A DNA stretch of 63,934 nucleotides, filler included, from Barthelona sp. PAP020 (Eukaryota): assembly GCA_040182905.1 (NCBI GenBank). It is 5 parts of 5 records of this genome, joined end to end, with 100 filler letters (N's around TTAATTAATTAA, not from the genome) between each part and the next. Parts side by side here need not be neighbours in the genome. Positions count along the whole stretch, not along the records: positions 13,445 to 26,551 come from JARQWU010000332.1; positions 26,652 to 39,894 come from JARQWU010000333.1; 3 more parts are not named here. The stretch is one strand, 5' to 3'. Position 1 is the stretch's first letter. Each line of letters begins with the position of its first letter. Below, piece by piece: positions 21,283 to 31,537 of the stretch. Made by a program: the position numbers and the translations under genes. The notes beneath the pieces were generated by a model. It did no database searches. It had not been told where the DNA came from and was given only the letters and a program-made list of their open reading frames with translations.

Positions 21283-23682
21283 ATGAATATAATTACAAAT
21301 TTTGATAATGATAAGTGTGATTATACTGCAAATGAATTGAAACAAAGGTTTAAAAAGATTGATGAACACACTGTTGATTTCTTTTTGAAGAACAGTGATG
21401 ATGTAATATACAAGTATTCAGAATCATTTACAAAAGTAATAAAAACAATACAGAAAAAGGAAAAGAATGAAACATTAAAGAATGAAAAAATTGTTTCTGT
21501 TTTTTCAGCCAGTTTGAATTCATTACAATTTCTTAATTTTAACTGTTTACAGAATATTAAAGAAATTTGTGAAGAAATAATTGAAATCCAATTGGAAAAA
21601 CTCATTCCCAATTCACTTGAATTTTTCATTCTGTTATCTTTGTCTAATTCCAAAATTATAATAAAATATGTGGATAAATTTTCACTAAATGTGTGGATTT
21701 ATGTGTTATCACAGTTGAGCAGACATCCTACAATCATGTTGGAGCTATTCAAAAACTTTGATTCTTGTACTCAATTATTTGTTTGTAATTTGGCATATAT
21801 TAATCATAATAGACTTTTAGACAAATTTGTTGAACTATTGGATCCCAATAAGTTCAAGAAAATTGCTTCATCTGATGAATTAAGTATACAATTAAATCTT
21901 GAAATTGAAACCAATGAAAAAGCCTTTCAATACAAGAACAGTTTGATGATTTGTCCCTATTTGGCGGCAAGACTAAAGCTAAATATTTTTGAAAAACGTC
22001 TATTGAACCATCCAGATACTACTGTATCAACATGGTGTTTGTTAAATTGCGATATTGTGGATCGAACGGATGAAGTCTACAGGATGTACTTTCATAATGT
22101 ATTAAGCAAGTATCCTTGTGTTTTGACTGTTGATTGTATTGTTAAATGCAGGGATGTGTTTGATGAATGTTTGAAAACTCTTGTAAACACACTTAAAGGG
22201 GCAAACGTGAATCGAATGACTGCGGCAGTTGACATTGCGAAATTTCTTCAGAGTTCCAGTTTGAAACTTGACTTTGTTGATACTTGTGAGAATATATTCA
22301 ACATCATCATTGAGTTTTGTTCTTTTACTTCTGTTGTAAACAAGGCTATTCAGTTAAAAACAGGAGATACAAGTTCAATTTCAGTTAAAAACAGTTCAAA
22401 TATCATAAATGATGACGGAACTTCAACAATCGATAAACTTTTATATTTTTGCATAGAAAAACCCAACATTTTGACAATTAAAAACAAAGACTGTATCTCC
22501 AATCAAAAACTAATTGGAGATGGTACTGTACTGGTAGATAACACAAGAGACTTATTAAAAGAGGTTACAAATGAAATTGATCAATTATACACTGAAAGTG
22601 AATGCATATATGGTGGTGTAAGATATGCTTTGTTTGAGATTCTTAAGTGTCTCAGAATGACCCCTTTGATACAAAAGATAAATAACAAACTAAAGGATAT
22701 ATTTACTTTTGAAGAAAAACAGATGCTTTTGACAGGTATTTTGGAAGAAATTTCCATAAATAGGTATGAACCTTCTAAAAGAGTCACTGGATTATGTGCA
22801 GCATTGCAATTAACGCTATTTGATGTTGAATCAGCAATAGTTTCACAAACCTTTGAACATTTGCTGATAATAAATACACCTGTTGCATTTTATTGTGCCA
22901 GTGTTCTCACACCAAGCGTATCAGCTGATTTATTGTGGAAATTTTTACGCACTGTGAGATTCTCCAATTGGATTGAGATTACGTCTCAATTGGTTTTGGT
23001 AAATTCGTGTCTTAAAAGTCTAAACATCACCTCCAGCAATTCAGAAACAAGGTTATCCAAAAATATTACGTTTTTAGATCAAAAACAGATCAAAAGATTG
23101 ATAGAAATGCTATTTGCTGAAGGTTCTAATTTTTCTTTACTTATGTTCCTGGAAATATTCATCCAATTTCACTCAAACCAAGATGTTCATTTAAACTTGC
23201 TTATTGGCCTTCTTCAACATTCAAATGCTCAAATACGTCGATTAACCATCGAATGTTTGGTCAAATGTGGTTATAAAGAGTATTTAGAAGGTCATTTGGA
23301 TGATTTTTCAAAAAAATTATTTTCTTTCGAAAAAATAGTAGAAAAAAATTATTTGCTTAATTTGAGTGACAACTCTGAAGAATTAACTATTCCAAAAGCT
23401 TCAACACAAAATATCAACTGGGAAATAAATGATCCTGAAGAACTTTTTCCAACTTGCAGTAGCCAAAATATTCAAAATATTGAAAATATTCCCACTGAAC
23501 AATTCAAATTTTTGGAAAAAGTTTATCCAAATTATAATCATGAGTTTAATTTGTACATGATTCATTCTACATCAATTTTAGAACTTGCTTATCATTTTAA
23601 TATTGTATTAGATGGTATTAGAGGTATTTCAACAGAAGAATTCGCTGAAATTCAACTTTATCAGGCAATTGAAACCAAATAG
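21283..23682 (+). CDS. Large helical (ARM/HEAT-like) hypothetical protein
   Basis: ~800 aa Leu-rich ORF; LLQHSNAQIRRLTIECL is HEAT-like; family not identified. Confidence 0.6.
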   Translation: MNIITNFDNDKCDYTANELKQRFKKIDEHTVDFFLKNSDDVIYKYSESFTKVIKTIQKKEKNETLKNEKIVSVFSASLNSLQFLNFNCLQNIKEICEEIIEIQLEKLIPNSLEFFILLSLSNSKIIIKYVDKFSLNVWIYVLSQLSRHPTIMLELFKNFDSCTQLFVCNLAYINHNRLLDKFVELLDPNKFKKIASSDELSIQLNLEIETNEKAFQYKNSLMICPYLAARLKLNIFEKRLLNHPDTTVSTWCLLNCDIVDRTDEVYRMYFHNVLSKYPCVLTVDCIVKCRDVFDECLKTLVNTLKGANVNRMTAAVDIAKFLQSSSLKLDFVDTCENIFNIIIEFCSFTSVVNKAIQLKTGDTSSISVKNSSNIINDDGTSTIDKLLYFCIEKPNILTIKNKDCISNQKLIGDGTVLVDNTRDLLKEVTNEIDQLYTESECIYGGVRYALFEILKCLRMTPLIQKINNKLKDIFTFEEKQMLLTGILEEISINRYEPSKRVTGLCAALQLTLFDVESAIVSQTFEHLLIINTPVAFYCASVLTPSVSADLLWKFLRTVRFSNWIEITSQLVLVNSCLKSLNITSSNSETRLSKNITFLDQKQIKRLIEMLFAEGSNFSLLMFLEIFIQFHSNQDVHLNLLIGLLQHSNAQIRRLTIECLVKCGYKEYLEGHLDDFSKKLFSFEKIVEKNYLLNLSDNSEELTIPKASTQNINWEINDPEELFPTCSSQNIQNIENIPTEQFKFLEKVYPNYNHEFNLYMIHSTSILELAYHFNIVLDGIRGISTEEFAEIQLYQAIETK

Positions 23683-24091
23683 TAGTTATTTCACTTTTCT
23701 ATTGTCACTTAGTCTGCCAACATAAATGTGTTGTTTTTGTTTTTGTTTTATTTGCCATTTTTCCTTTTTTATGCAACCAATTCTTCACATTCCTTGTTGA
23801 TTCTTTCCGAAGAAAATCCAAAAAAGAAGAAGAAGTGTTTGGTATTATAAATAAGAGTCTTTGATAAAAATGCAGGTTTTCAACCAAAAATTATTTTTTT
23901 TTTTGTATTCTTTTATTAGAACTGGCTAATCCTTTCAAAATTAGCTATAAAAATTATTCTTTTCAAATAATAAACAGGAAATAATTGAAAATTTCTGAAA
24001 AACTTTTTATTTTAATAATAAATCTGCAAGGAAAAAGAAATCATTCATTATTTATATATGTTTATTTTTATTTATCAAAATTTGCACTTCT

Positions 24092-25471
24092 TTAACCATT
24101 CCACCAAAGATTATCTTCATTAGAATTTTCAATTTCTTTTCTTGGTTCATTCATACTTTGTTCTTTTTTTTCAGTAACTTCTTTGTCACTTGTTATATCT
24201 ACATCTTTGGAAACTTTCTTTTCACGCCTAATATTATTAAAATTGCTCATATGTGAACTCTTCTGAAAATCATCAATTTCAACATCGTCAAACATCATTT
24301 CTTCCGCCTTTTTTTCTGCTTTTTCTTCTTCTTCTTCTTTTTGCACATTATTATCACTCATCATTTCTTCAATCTCAATTTCATTTTCTAAAACAGTTGG
24401 ATCATAGGCTGTTTCCTGACTTGGATCTCCAACACAATACACTTCTTCCATGTTCAAAAATTCACTAAATTCATCCATTGCAGCGTAGTCTTTTTCATCA
24501 AATATATCAGAGCTCTGTGACAAACCCTTGGTCTCAATAACCTCCTGTTTCTCAGAATTTGTGCCTCTGTTGGAAAATGGATTCAAAGAGGAATGTTTTT
24601 GGCTCTTGAAATCAGTCATGAATGAGCTTGCTTGGAACCCACTAATATCGGAGTCAAACACTTCTTCTACAGCTTCTTCTTCAGTATCATTATCACTCAT
24701 TTGTTCCATTTCATTTTGTAAAACAGTTGGATCATATGAGGTTTCCAAACTTGGATCTCCACCACGAAAAATCTGTTCTGAATCCAAAAATTCACTAAAT
24801 TCATTCATGGCCTCGTAATCTTTCTCATCGAGGTCGTTAGAACTTCGTATTAAACCCTGATTCTCAACAACTTCTTGTTTCTTTGAAACTTCATCCTTTT
24901 CCTTTTGAACTCTGGAATCTATGCTCTTGTTTACTTCAAATCTATTTTCTTTCTTTTCATTTGCTTTTAATTTCTTTGCAAATTCAAGACATTCAGGATC
25001 ATCAAAGAAATCATCCATGGTGGTATCCAAACACTCATTATTTATGGATTGTTGATTGGAAGTAATTTCTTCAACAGTGACATGTTGTCTGTTTTCAATT
25101 TTTAGTTCTTCAACCTCAAATCCACGGATATTGTCCAGATTAAAACCTCCAAATCTGTTAGATGATATTTTTTCCTTCAAATTAGAAGCATGTAAATCTT
25201 CATAATATTCTTCTTCAGAATCCATTTCTTCCTCTTCCGAATAATCACATTCTTCTTCTAATTCTCCTTCATCATCATCATCAAATTTATATTCAGCATC
25301 ACAAAAACGTTCTAAAACATCAATATATTCTTTGTCATCTGAATCAAGCTCATCATTTTCTATTTTTGAACGAAACACATCAATATCATCATTTGTTATA
25401 TCTTCACCATCAGGAAAATATTTAACAAATATACTCATACAAATCCTATGTTCTTTAGGTCCTATTACCAT
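24092..25471 (-). CDS. Acidic protein with an internal ~100 aa duplication
   Basis: DEKDY.AM.EFSEFL...GDPS.ET.YDPTVL.NE occurs twice. Confidence 0.75.
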   Translation of the reverse strand: MVIGPKEHRICMSIFVKYFPDGEDITNDDIDVFRSKIENDELDSDDKEYIDVLERFCDAEYKFDDDDEGELEEECDYSEEEEMDSEEEYYEDLHASNLKEKISSNRFGGFNLDNIRGFEVEELKIENRQHVTVEEITSNQQSINNECLDTTMDDFFDDPECLEFAKKLKANEKKENRFEVNKSIDSRVQKEKDEVSKKQEVVENQGLIRSSNDLDEKDYEAMNEFSEFLDSEQIFRGGDPSLETSYDPTVLQNEMEQMSDNDTEEEAVEEVFDSDISGFQASSFMTDFKSQKHSSLNPFSNRGTNSEKQEVIETKGLSQSSDIFDEKDYAAMDEFSEFLNMEEVYCVGDPSQETAYDPTVLENEIEIEEMMSDNNVQKEEEEEKAEKKAEEMMFDDVEIDDFQKSSHMSNFNNIRREKKVSKDVDITSDKEVTEKKEQSMNEPRKEIENSNEDNLWWNG

Positions 25472-25653
25472 ATTAAAGTAACAAAAAAATGCAACAAAAC
25501 TAAAATTATTCAAAACATTTTTTTAACATTTATATCTGTCATTGGTTTATTATCATCAATGAGCAATAGGTAAATAATTTCACACATAAAAAAAATTTGT
25601 TTAATGTAAAATCTGCATTTGTTCAAACATTATTCTCCTTTTTTTTTCAGACA

Positions 25654-26334
25654 ATGATTCAAGAAATGATGCCTCCATCCACCCAAAATGTGCATGGAAC
25701 AATATTTGAACACGATCATGGTACTACAACACTTGCTTTTAAATACAGTGGCGGAATTTGTTTATGTGTTGATTCTAGAGCTTCCAGAGGACAATTTATT
25801 GGTTCTCAAACTGTTCAAAAAGTTGTTGAAATTACACCTTTCCTTTTGGGAACTATTGCTGGTGGTGCTGCTGATTGTCAATATTGGGAACGTGTTTTAT
25901 CTGTTCGTTGCCGTAAATATGAATTGGAAAATGATTCAAGAATCTCTGCAGGAGCTGCAAGTACACTTTTAGCTAATATGGTATATAGATACAAAGGAAA
26001 AGGACTTTCAATGGGTACAATGATGATAGGTTATGATAATGATGAACCAAAAATATATTATGTAGATGATGGTGGACAAAGAATGGAAAATAACCGATTT
26101 TGTGTTGGTTCAGGTATGATGCATGCTTATGGAATATTAGATACTGAATATCGATATGAGTTGACAGATGAAGAAGCTGAAGCTTTGGGTAGAAAAGCTA
26201 TTTATCATGCTACAAATAGAGATGCCTATTCTGGTGGTTGTATTAACTGTTATATAATGAAACCAGAAGGTTGGACAAGAAAAGCAAAGATTGAAAGTTA
26301 TGAATATGTGTATAATGAGAAGGAATTTGAATAA
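25654..26334 (+). CDS. PSMB5: 20S proteasome subunit beta-5
   Basis: HGTTTLAF, VDSRAS, GGAADCQYWER, RDAYSGG. Confidence 0.96.
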   Translation: MIQEMMPPSTQNVHGTIFEHDHGTTTLAFKYSGGICLCVDSRASRGQFIGSQTVQKVVEITPFLLGTIAGGAADCQYWERVLSVRCRKYELENDSRISAGAASTLLANMVYRYKGKGLSMGTMMIGYDNDEPKIYYVDDGGQRMENNRFCVGSGMMHAYGILDTEYRYELTDEEAEALGRKAIYHATNRDAYSGGCINCYIMKPEGWTRKAKIESYEYVYNEKEFE

Positions 26335-26363
26335 ACATGTTTCTCTTTTTTTTTTGAGATATG

Positions 26364-26551
26364 AAGTGTTCGTAGCAAAGCGGACGGATTTCACGTAAAA
26401 GACAATATAAATGTGTTTATGGTTTCTTCTTGCAATTTCTGATATCAATGGATATCAAAATTGAAAGTGAAATAACAACAAAGAATCAAATGATTCAGGG
26501 TAATAAGGATGCAAGTGTGCATAGTAGGTTAGCAAGGAATTACAAGGTTTC
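26364..26551. repeat. tRNA-3'-associated repeat family, distal end, truncated by contig end
   Basis: Starts AAGTGTTCGTAGCAAAGCGGA like 3143; matches 3143-3297 and revcomp 28415-28569. Confidence 0.9.
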
Positions 26552-26651
26552 NNNNNNNNNNNNNNNNNNNNNNNNNNNNNNNNNNNNNNNNNNNNTTAAT
26601 TAATTAANNNNNNNNNNNNNNNNNNNNNNNNNNNNNNNNNNNNNNNNNNNN
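26552..26651. other. Artificial contig-join spacer
   Basis: N / TTAATTAATTAA / N. Confidence 0.97.
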
Positions 26652-26702
26652 GAGTTTTTTTTTTTTTCCAGACTCAAAGAATTCTGAATCGGTTGACCAA
26701 AA

Positions 26703-26869
26703 CAGCAAAGATACTATGGAGTAATTTCCCCAACCCCAGTTAGTAAATATAAATCAAAGCCTTCAATTTTGCCCTTTCGTCCAACGTGAATTTTTCGAGT
26801 GTTTGCTATTGTTTTGAATGAGTGTCCCACATTTAAAAAAAAATCTTTTTGCAAGACTCGATCCTCGTC
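26703..26869. repeat. tRNA-3'-associated repeat, proximal part at tRNA-Thr
   Basis: CAGCAAAGATAC...CCCCAACCCCAGTTAGTAAAT...GCCCTTTCGTC...AGACTCGATCCTC matches revcomp 27995-28140. Confidence 0.9.
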
Positions 26870-26894
26870 GGTCTCGAATATATCTCAAAATTAA

Positions 26895-26967
26895 TTCCGA
26901 GTGACGGACTTGAACCGTCGACCTTTCGCTTACTAAGCGAATGCGCTACCAACTATGCCAACCCGGA
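26895..26967 (-). tRNA. tRNA-Thr(AGT)
   Basis: Revcomp TCCGGGT...TTCGC-TTAGTAA-GCGAA...GACGG-TTCAAGT-CCGTC-ACTCGGAA. Confidence 0.95.
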
Positions 26968-27125
26968 TTTGAAATTAGAGGAATTAGGGAACAATGTGAT
27001 GGTAAAAGTAATGGTTTATCACATGAAAGAATAGTGTTCATTTGATTAAAAATGTCAAGGAATTTACAAATGTTGATTTTTTTCTTTTAAGTAATACAAA
27101 CAAAAAGAAAATGAGGATTTTTCTA

Positions 27126-27675
27126 TTTATTAGATATTTATAAAGTATGAGTTGTTCAGTGAACAACGAAACGAGTTAGCTTAAGGTTTGGGAAAAACTC
27201 ACGTGAATTCAGATATGCTCAAGTAACTTAATAAATTGGACCTAAAGATGGTCAAGAAACAACAAATAATGGAAGTGATATTTGATGACCTCTTTATATC
27301 TCCAATAAATTCCGTTTATTGAGCATGAACTTCCACTTATTTCCAAGCCAAGAAACACTGTGCGTATGAGTGAATAAGAAAGAATAGTGTTTATTTGGTT
27401 AAAGGCTTTCGAGGCCAGATTGATCTGTTAATAAACTTTAGATTTTCTAAGGTAAAGTTTAAACTTTAAAATTTTGCTTTTGCAAAAATACAAAANNNNN
27501 NNNNNNNNNNNNNNNNNNNNNNNNNNNNNNNNNNNNNNNNNNNNNNNNNNNNNNNNNNNNNNNNNNNNNNNNNNNNNNNNNNNNNNNNNNNNNNNNNNNN
27601 NNNNNNNNNNNNNNNNNNNNNNNNNNNNNNNNNNNNNNNNNNNNCACAACTGGACCAAATTTTCCTACTAATAAA
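27126..27675. mobile_element. MITE-like element (~550 bp, internal N gap) between divergent tRNA-Thr and tRNA-Phe
   Basis: Begins TTTATTAGATATTT; ends ...GACCAAATTTTCCTACTAATAAA (degenerate TIR); right part matches 40359-40681. Confidence 0.75.
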
Positions 27676-27897
27676 AAAATTTATGCTGAAACAGAATCAA
27701 TTTTGAAAAATTAAAAACAAGAGTTAAATTGAATAGAAAAATTTTGAATTTTCATTTTCAATTTAAACTTTTTTATATTTTAATTTCTGTTATTTTGGAG
27801 ATATAATTAAGAAAATTGTCTCTTTCTTTGATTTACTCTTCTTCAATTTCTTCTCTTTTGCATTTGCCTTTAAGCCATAAAAGTTCATTTTACTGGA

Positions 27898-27972
27898 GCG
27901 TCTTTAGCTCAGTTGGTAGTTAGCGTTAGACTGAAGATCTAAAGGTCCCGAGTTCAATCCTCGGAAGACGCA
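27898..27972 (+). tRNA. tRNA-Phe(GAA)
   Basis: GCGTCTT...TTAGA-CTGAAGA-TCTAA...CCGAG-TTCAATC-CTCGG-AAGACGCA followed by TTTTT. Confidence 0.95.
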
Positions 27973-27994
27973 ATTTTTCTTTCAAAATATTCAA

Positions 27995-28569
27995 GACGAG
28001 GATCGAGTCTGGGCCTCATGGATTTTGCAAACCAAAACATTCACTTAACAATTCACGTTAGACGAAAGGGCAAAATTAAAGGCTTTAATTTACATTTACT
28101 AACTGGGGTTGGGGAAATTACTCTATGGTATCTTTGCTGCTTTACACGACAATAATAATAATTTCAACAATAAATTCACACGACAATAATATTCACACGA
28201 CAATAATAATAAATGTTAATAAAGATCTTTATTGTTCTCGGTTAGAGTTTGGGGGTACTTGCAACTGAGTCGTTTTGCGTGGATGGTTCAGAACACTCTT
28301 AAAAAAAAAAGAAATACTTTAGCTGTGGATGGGGCGATTATCTAAATAAAAGTTTAATAATCTTTTCCCTTCTTGCCAATAAATTTTGATTGTTCTTCTC
28401 TGGGTTTCCTTGATGAAACCTTGTAATTCCTTGCTAACCTACTATGCACACTTGCATCCTTATTACCCTGAATCATTTGATTCTTTGTTGTTATTTCACT
28501 TTCAATTTTGATATCCATTAATATCAGAAATTGCAAGAAGAAACCTTAAACACATTTATATTGTCTTTT
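27995..28569. repeat. tRNA-3'-associated repeat, most complete copy, at tRNA-Phe
   Basis: Reverse complement of the copies at 3143-3956 and 26364-26869; internal ACACGACAATAATA x3. Confidence 0.9.
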
Positions 28570-29176
28570 TTTTGCAATAAAGTTAGAACAATAAATTAGA
28601 AGCAATCTTGAAGAATATGTTTTGGACATCTTCTATTTGGTCTATTAATGATAGTTGCAGTTTTATTTAAATTTTTTTAGTTATTATTGATAACATTTTA
28701 CAGAAAAGAAGAGATTCTAACTCGGTGGTAGTATTTGGATTTGTTAAAACAATCACTCATCAATCAATTCTCAGTTTCTCTTCTGTGAGCTTTCATTTAT
28801 TTGAGTGATTTAAGTTTGGAAGAAAATTAATTTTCGTTCTTTTGCATTTTCAATTGGTTCATATTTTGCTCAATCTCTTTTATTGTTTTATTGTTTTTAT
28901 TAAATTTATTACGTTTGTTATTTCTATCTATTTAAAATAATATTCAATCAAAAATATGATTGAATGGTGAAAAAAAGAAATTGATTTAATAAACTTTTAA
29001 AAGTGGATAATTAAGCGGTTAATTGTGAAAATCTATAACAACAAAAACAAATTTAACTGAAACTAGGTCAGAAATATGTGGGTATATGATGTAATTGAAT
29101 GAAAAGCTAAATAAATTATTCTTTTGTGAATGCCTTATGTAAGATTAAAATAGGTGTAATAAGTTAAGATATAGAT

Positions 29177-31069
29177 ATGAATTTCCAAAATGAACTGTTA
29201 AAAGCCAAAAGAGAAGCAGCCGAAGCAATGGATATGTTTGTTGAAGCTCGAGAAGAAAATTTACGATTGGCAAATGTAATAAATGAACGCGAAGAAATGT
29301 TTTATAAAGATTTAAGAAAATTACAACATGCAAAAAAGGAATTTGATTCAATAAAAAAGGAAATTTTTGAAGCATCTAAAAAGCTTCAGAATGAAAATAA
29401 ACAACAGAAAATTACTATTAAAGAACAAGAAAAAAAGATTGAATATTTGAATAAACGATTGAACAATCAAATTGATTCTTTCAAGAAAAAAGATCCTTCA
29501 AATAATAGTCAAGTTCAATTTGAAAAGGAAGAACAAGATCATTTGGTATTAAAATATAAGAATCGAGAAAAGAGGTTGTATGAGAAGTTGGAAAAATCTG
29601 AAGACGATTTTCATATGTTACAAAGTCAATATAATTCTTTGCTAAAACAATTTGAAGATTTTAAGGTGAGTCAAGATTCTCAATATCAAAATTATGAAGA
29701 GAAGATTAATGATTATCAATTTAAGAAAGGTGAATTAACAACGCACTTTGAAAACATTGTAAATGAGAAGGATAAAGAGTTGCAGGAAATTTTTGAAGAA
29801 AAAGAGGAAATATTAAGAGAATTTGATGCTTTCAAGGGACAAACAGCTTTTAGAAATCAAGAATTGGCTAAAAATTTTCAACATTTGCAAAAAAAATTTC
29901 ACAACCTTCTGGAATTTTTTCAAGATCTTTCGGTGAAGCAGAATATTCATAACGAAAGCGTCAGTCAATTGAATGATGTTTTTTTTAATTTGGAGCAAGC
30001 TCTTTTTGCGGAAAATGGCCAATTAAACATTGATTTGAATTCGATGATCCGTCATATTAAATTTATTGAGGAAGAGAATCTTGAAAGTCAGAAAATTATT
30101 GATAACTTACAAACAGTCATTCAATTGCGTAGTTTTGATTTGGAATCAATGAAAGAAGCTTCAGAAAATCAAAACAATCAATGGAATGATGAGAAGCAGG
30201 CGTTTGAAGCTAAAATTCTTTTGATTCAAACAAATTATGGACAAGATATTGAGTTACTTCAATCTCAACTTGTTGAGATTGAATCTGAATTAAAAAAAAA
30301 GGAAAAATGCTATTTACAAATGGAAAAAAGATATTTGGATGCTAGTAAGAGAGTTGAACAACTGCAAAGCGAGAAGGACACGATTCAAACAAAGTCTCTT
30401 TCACTCCAGGAGCAATGTTCTGCAACACAAGTTAAGTTAAGCAAAATAGAGACTTCTACTCATGAATTAAACGAAGAAATTTATGATTTGCGTGATACAA
30501 ATTTGAAATTGCAGTCTAATGTCAAAGAATTAGAAAGCAGATATGGAGAATTAATGGATTCTTACAACGAAGTCAATAAAAAAAGCACAGAGTCACTTGA
30601 CAAGAACAATATGTTGTTGAAAGTATGGGAAAAACGTGCCAAAGATGCTGAAAATTTGGTTGATCAAAATATGAAAATGATTTCGAACAGTCAAGATGTT
30701 GTGAGAAAACTGAGAAATGAAAACAATGATTTGAGAATGAAGTTAAGAAATTCAAGAGGTATGAACTTGATGACCGTTGATGATGCATATCAAAAGGTCA
30801 AGGAAAACCCCATTTCAAATGCTAACGATAAAAACCCTTCATACACATCAAAGCCAGTGTCCATGATCAATGATTTTGCTCTATCAACCATAAAAGAATT
30901 AGATGTTATTGGCACAGATGAGTTCAAGATGGATTCAAATTCAACTGAGCCGTTAGAAACAAAGAAGAGAGACTATCAACAAAAAACAAGTTCTCTTTTG
31001 GATCTGTTTGCCAAGGCTAGAAAATTTCAAGAGTCGGTGATGAGTTTGAGTTCTTCACCATCACCTTAA
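29177..31069 (+). CDS. Coiled-coil protein
   Basis: 630 aa, E/K/Q/L heptad-rich. Confidence 0.8.
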   Translation: MNFQNELLKAKREAAEAMDMFVEAREENLRLANVINEREEMFYKDLRKLQHAKKEFDSIKKEIFEASKKLQNENKQQKITIKEQEKKIEYLNKRLNNQIDSFKKKDPSNNSQVQFEKEEQDHLVLKYKNREKRLYEKLEKSEDDFHMLQSQYNSLLKQFEDFKVSQDSQYQNYEEKINDYQFKKGELTTHFENIVNEKDKELQEIFEEKEEILREFDAFKGQTAFRNQELAKNFQHLQKKFHNLLEFFQDLSVKQNIHNESVSQLNDVFFNLEQALFAENGQLNIDLNSMIRHIKFIEEENLESQKIIDNLQTVIQLRSFDLESMKEASENQNNQWNDEKQAFEAKILLIQTNYGQDIELLQSQLVEIESELKKKEKCYLQMEKRYLDASKRVEQLQSEKDTIQTKSLSLQEQCSATQVKLSKIETSTHELNEEIYDLRDTNLKLQSNVKELESRYGELMDSYNEVNKKSTESLDKNNMLLKVWEKRAKDAENLVDQNMKMISNSQDVVRKLRNENNDLRMKLRNSRGMNLMTVDDAYQKVKENPISNANDKNPSYTSKPVSMINDFALSTIKELDVIGTDEFKMDSNSTEPLETKKRDYQQKTSSLLDLFAKARKFQESVMSLSSSPSP

Positions 31070-31537
31070 CCATGATGCGGCAACTGTCGATCGATTTCGA
31101 TTACTGTTTGTAAAATGTCTTTGATTTTTCTTCTTTTGCTTGTTCATAGAACTTTTTGCAGGTCTTCTGAGATGTTTTTATATTGGTTAGATTGTTCATG
31201 GTAAATAACGGTCTTGTTAATTTTTGAGAAACCAATCTAACAAAAGTATTGAGCCTTCTATTCTAATTGAGTCTCAGAAGAGAGTGATATTGGGAAGAAT
31301 TTTTCAATTACAAAAGTCAAAAAGGCCACCAGGTTTCGATTTACCAATTACCATATTTACCCATTGTCTGTCAGATGAATTCCAGAAACTCAAAAATTTG
31401 CAGGATACATGTGTCTGAAGGATGAACAATACTTTTGGAAGAAAAGCAACACGATGCACATTTTCCCCATTTCTTCTTTGTCATGGTCAAGCAAAATCAT
31501 GAAAAAATAATAAATTACACTGTAAATTTTATTTAAC

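Noticed and set aside
21283..23682. Assignment as THADA/Trm732
   Set aside because: Only a vague KRVTGL versus RRSAGL resemblance; insufficient without an HMM search.
25559..25650. Possible GT...AG intron upstream of PSMB5
   Set aside because: Splicing from the upstream ATG is out of frame, there is no CTAAY branch point, and ATG 25654 gives an adequate propeptide.
26364..26869. Apparent single continuous repeat copy spanning the spacer up to tRNA-Thr
   Set aside because: The halves are on different contigs. Both end in the same repeat family, so continuity cannot be claimed.
28144..28210. ACACGACAATAATA x3 as a CRISPR-like array
   Set aside because: Units are too short, spacers are irregular and not unique, and there are no cas genes. 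Local slippage within the repeat explains it.
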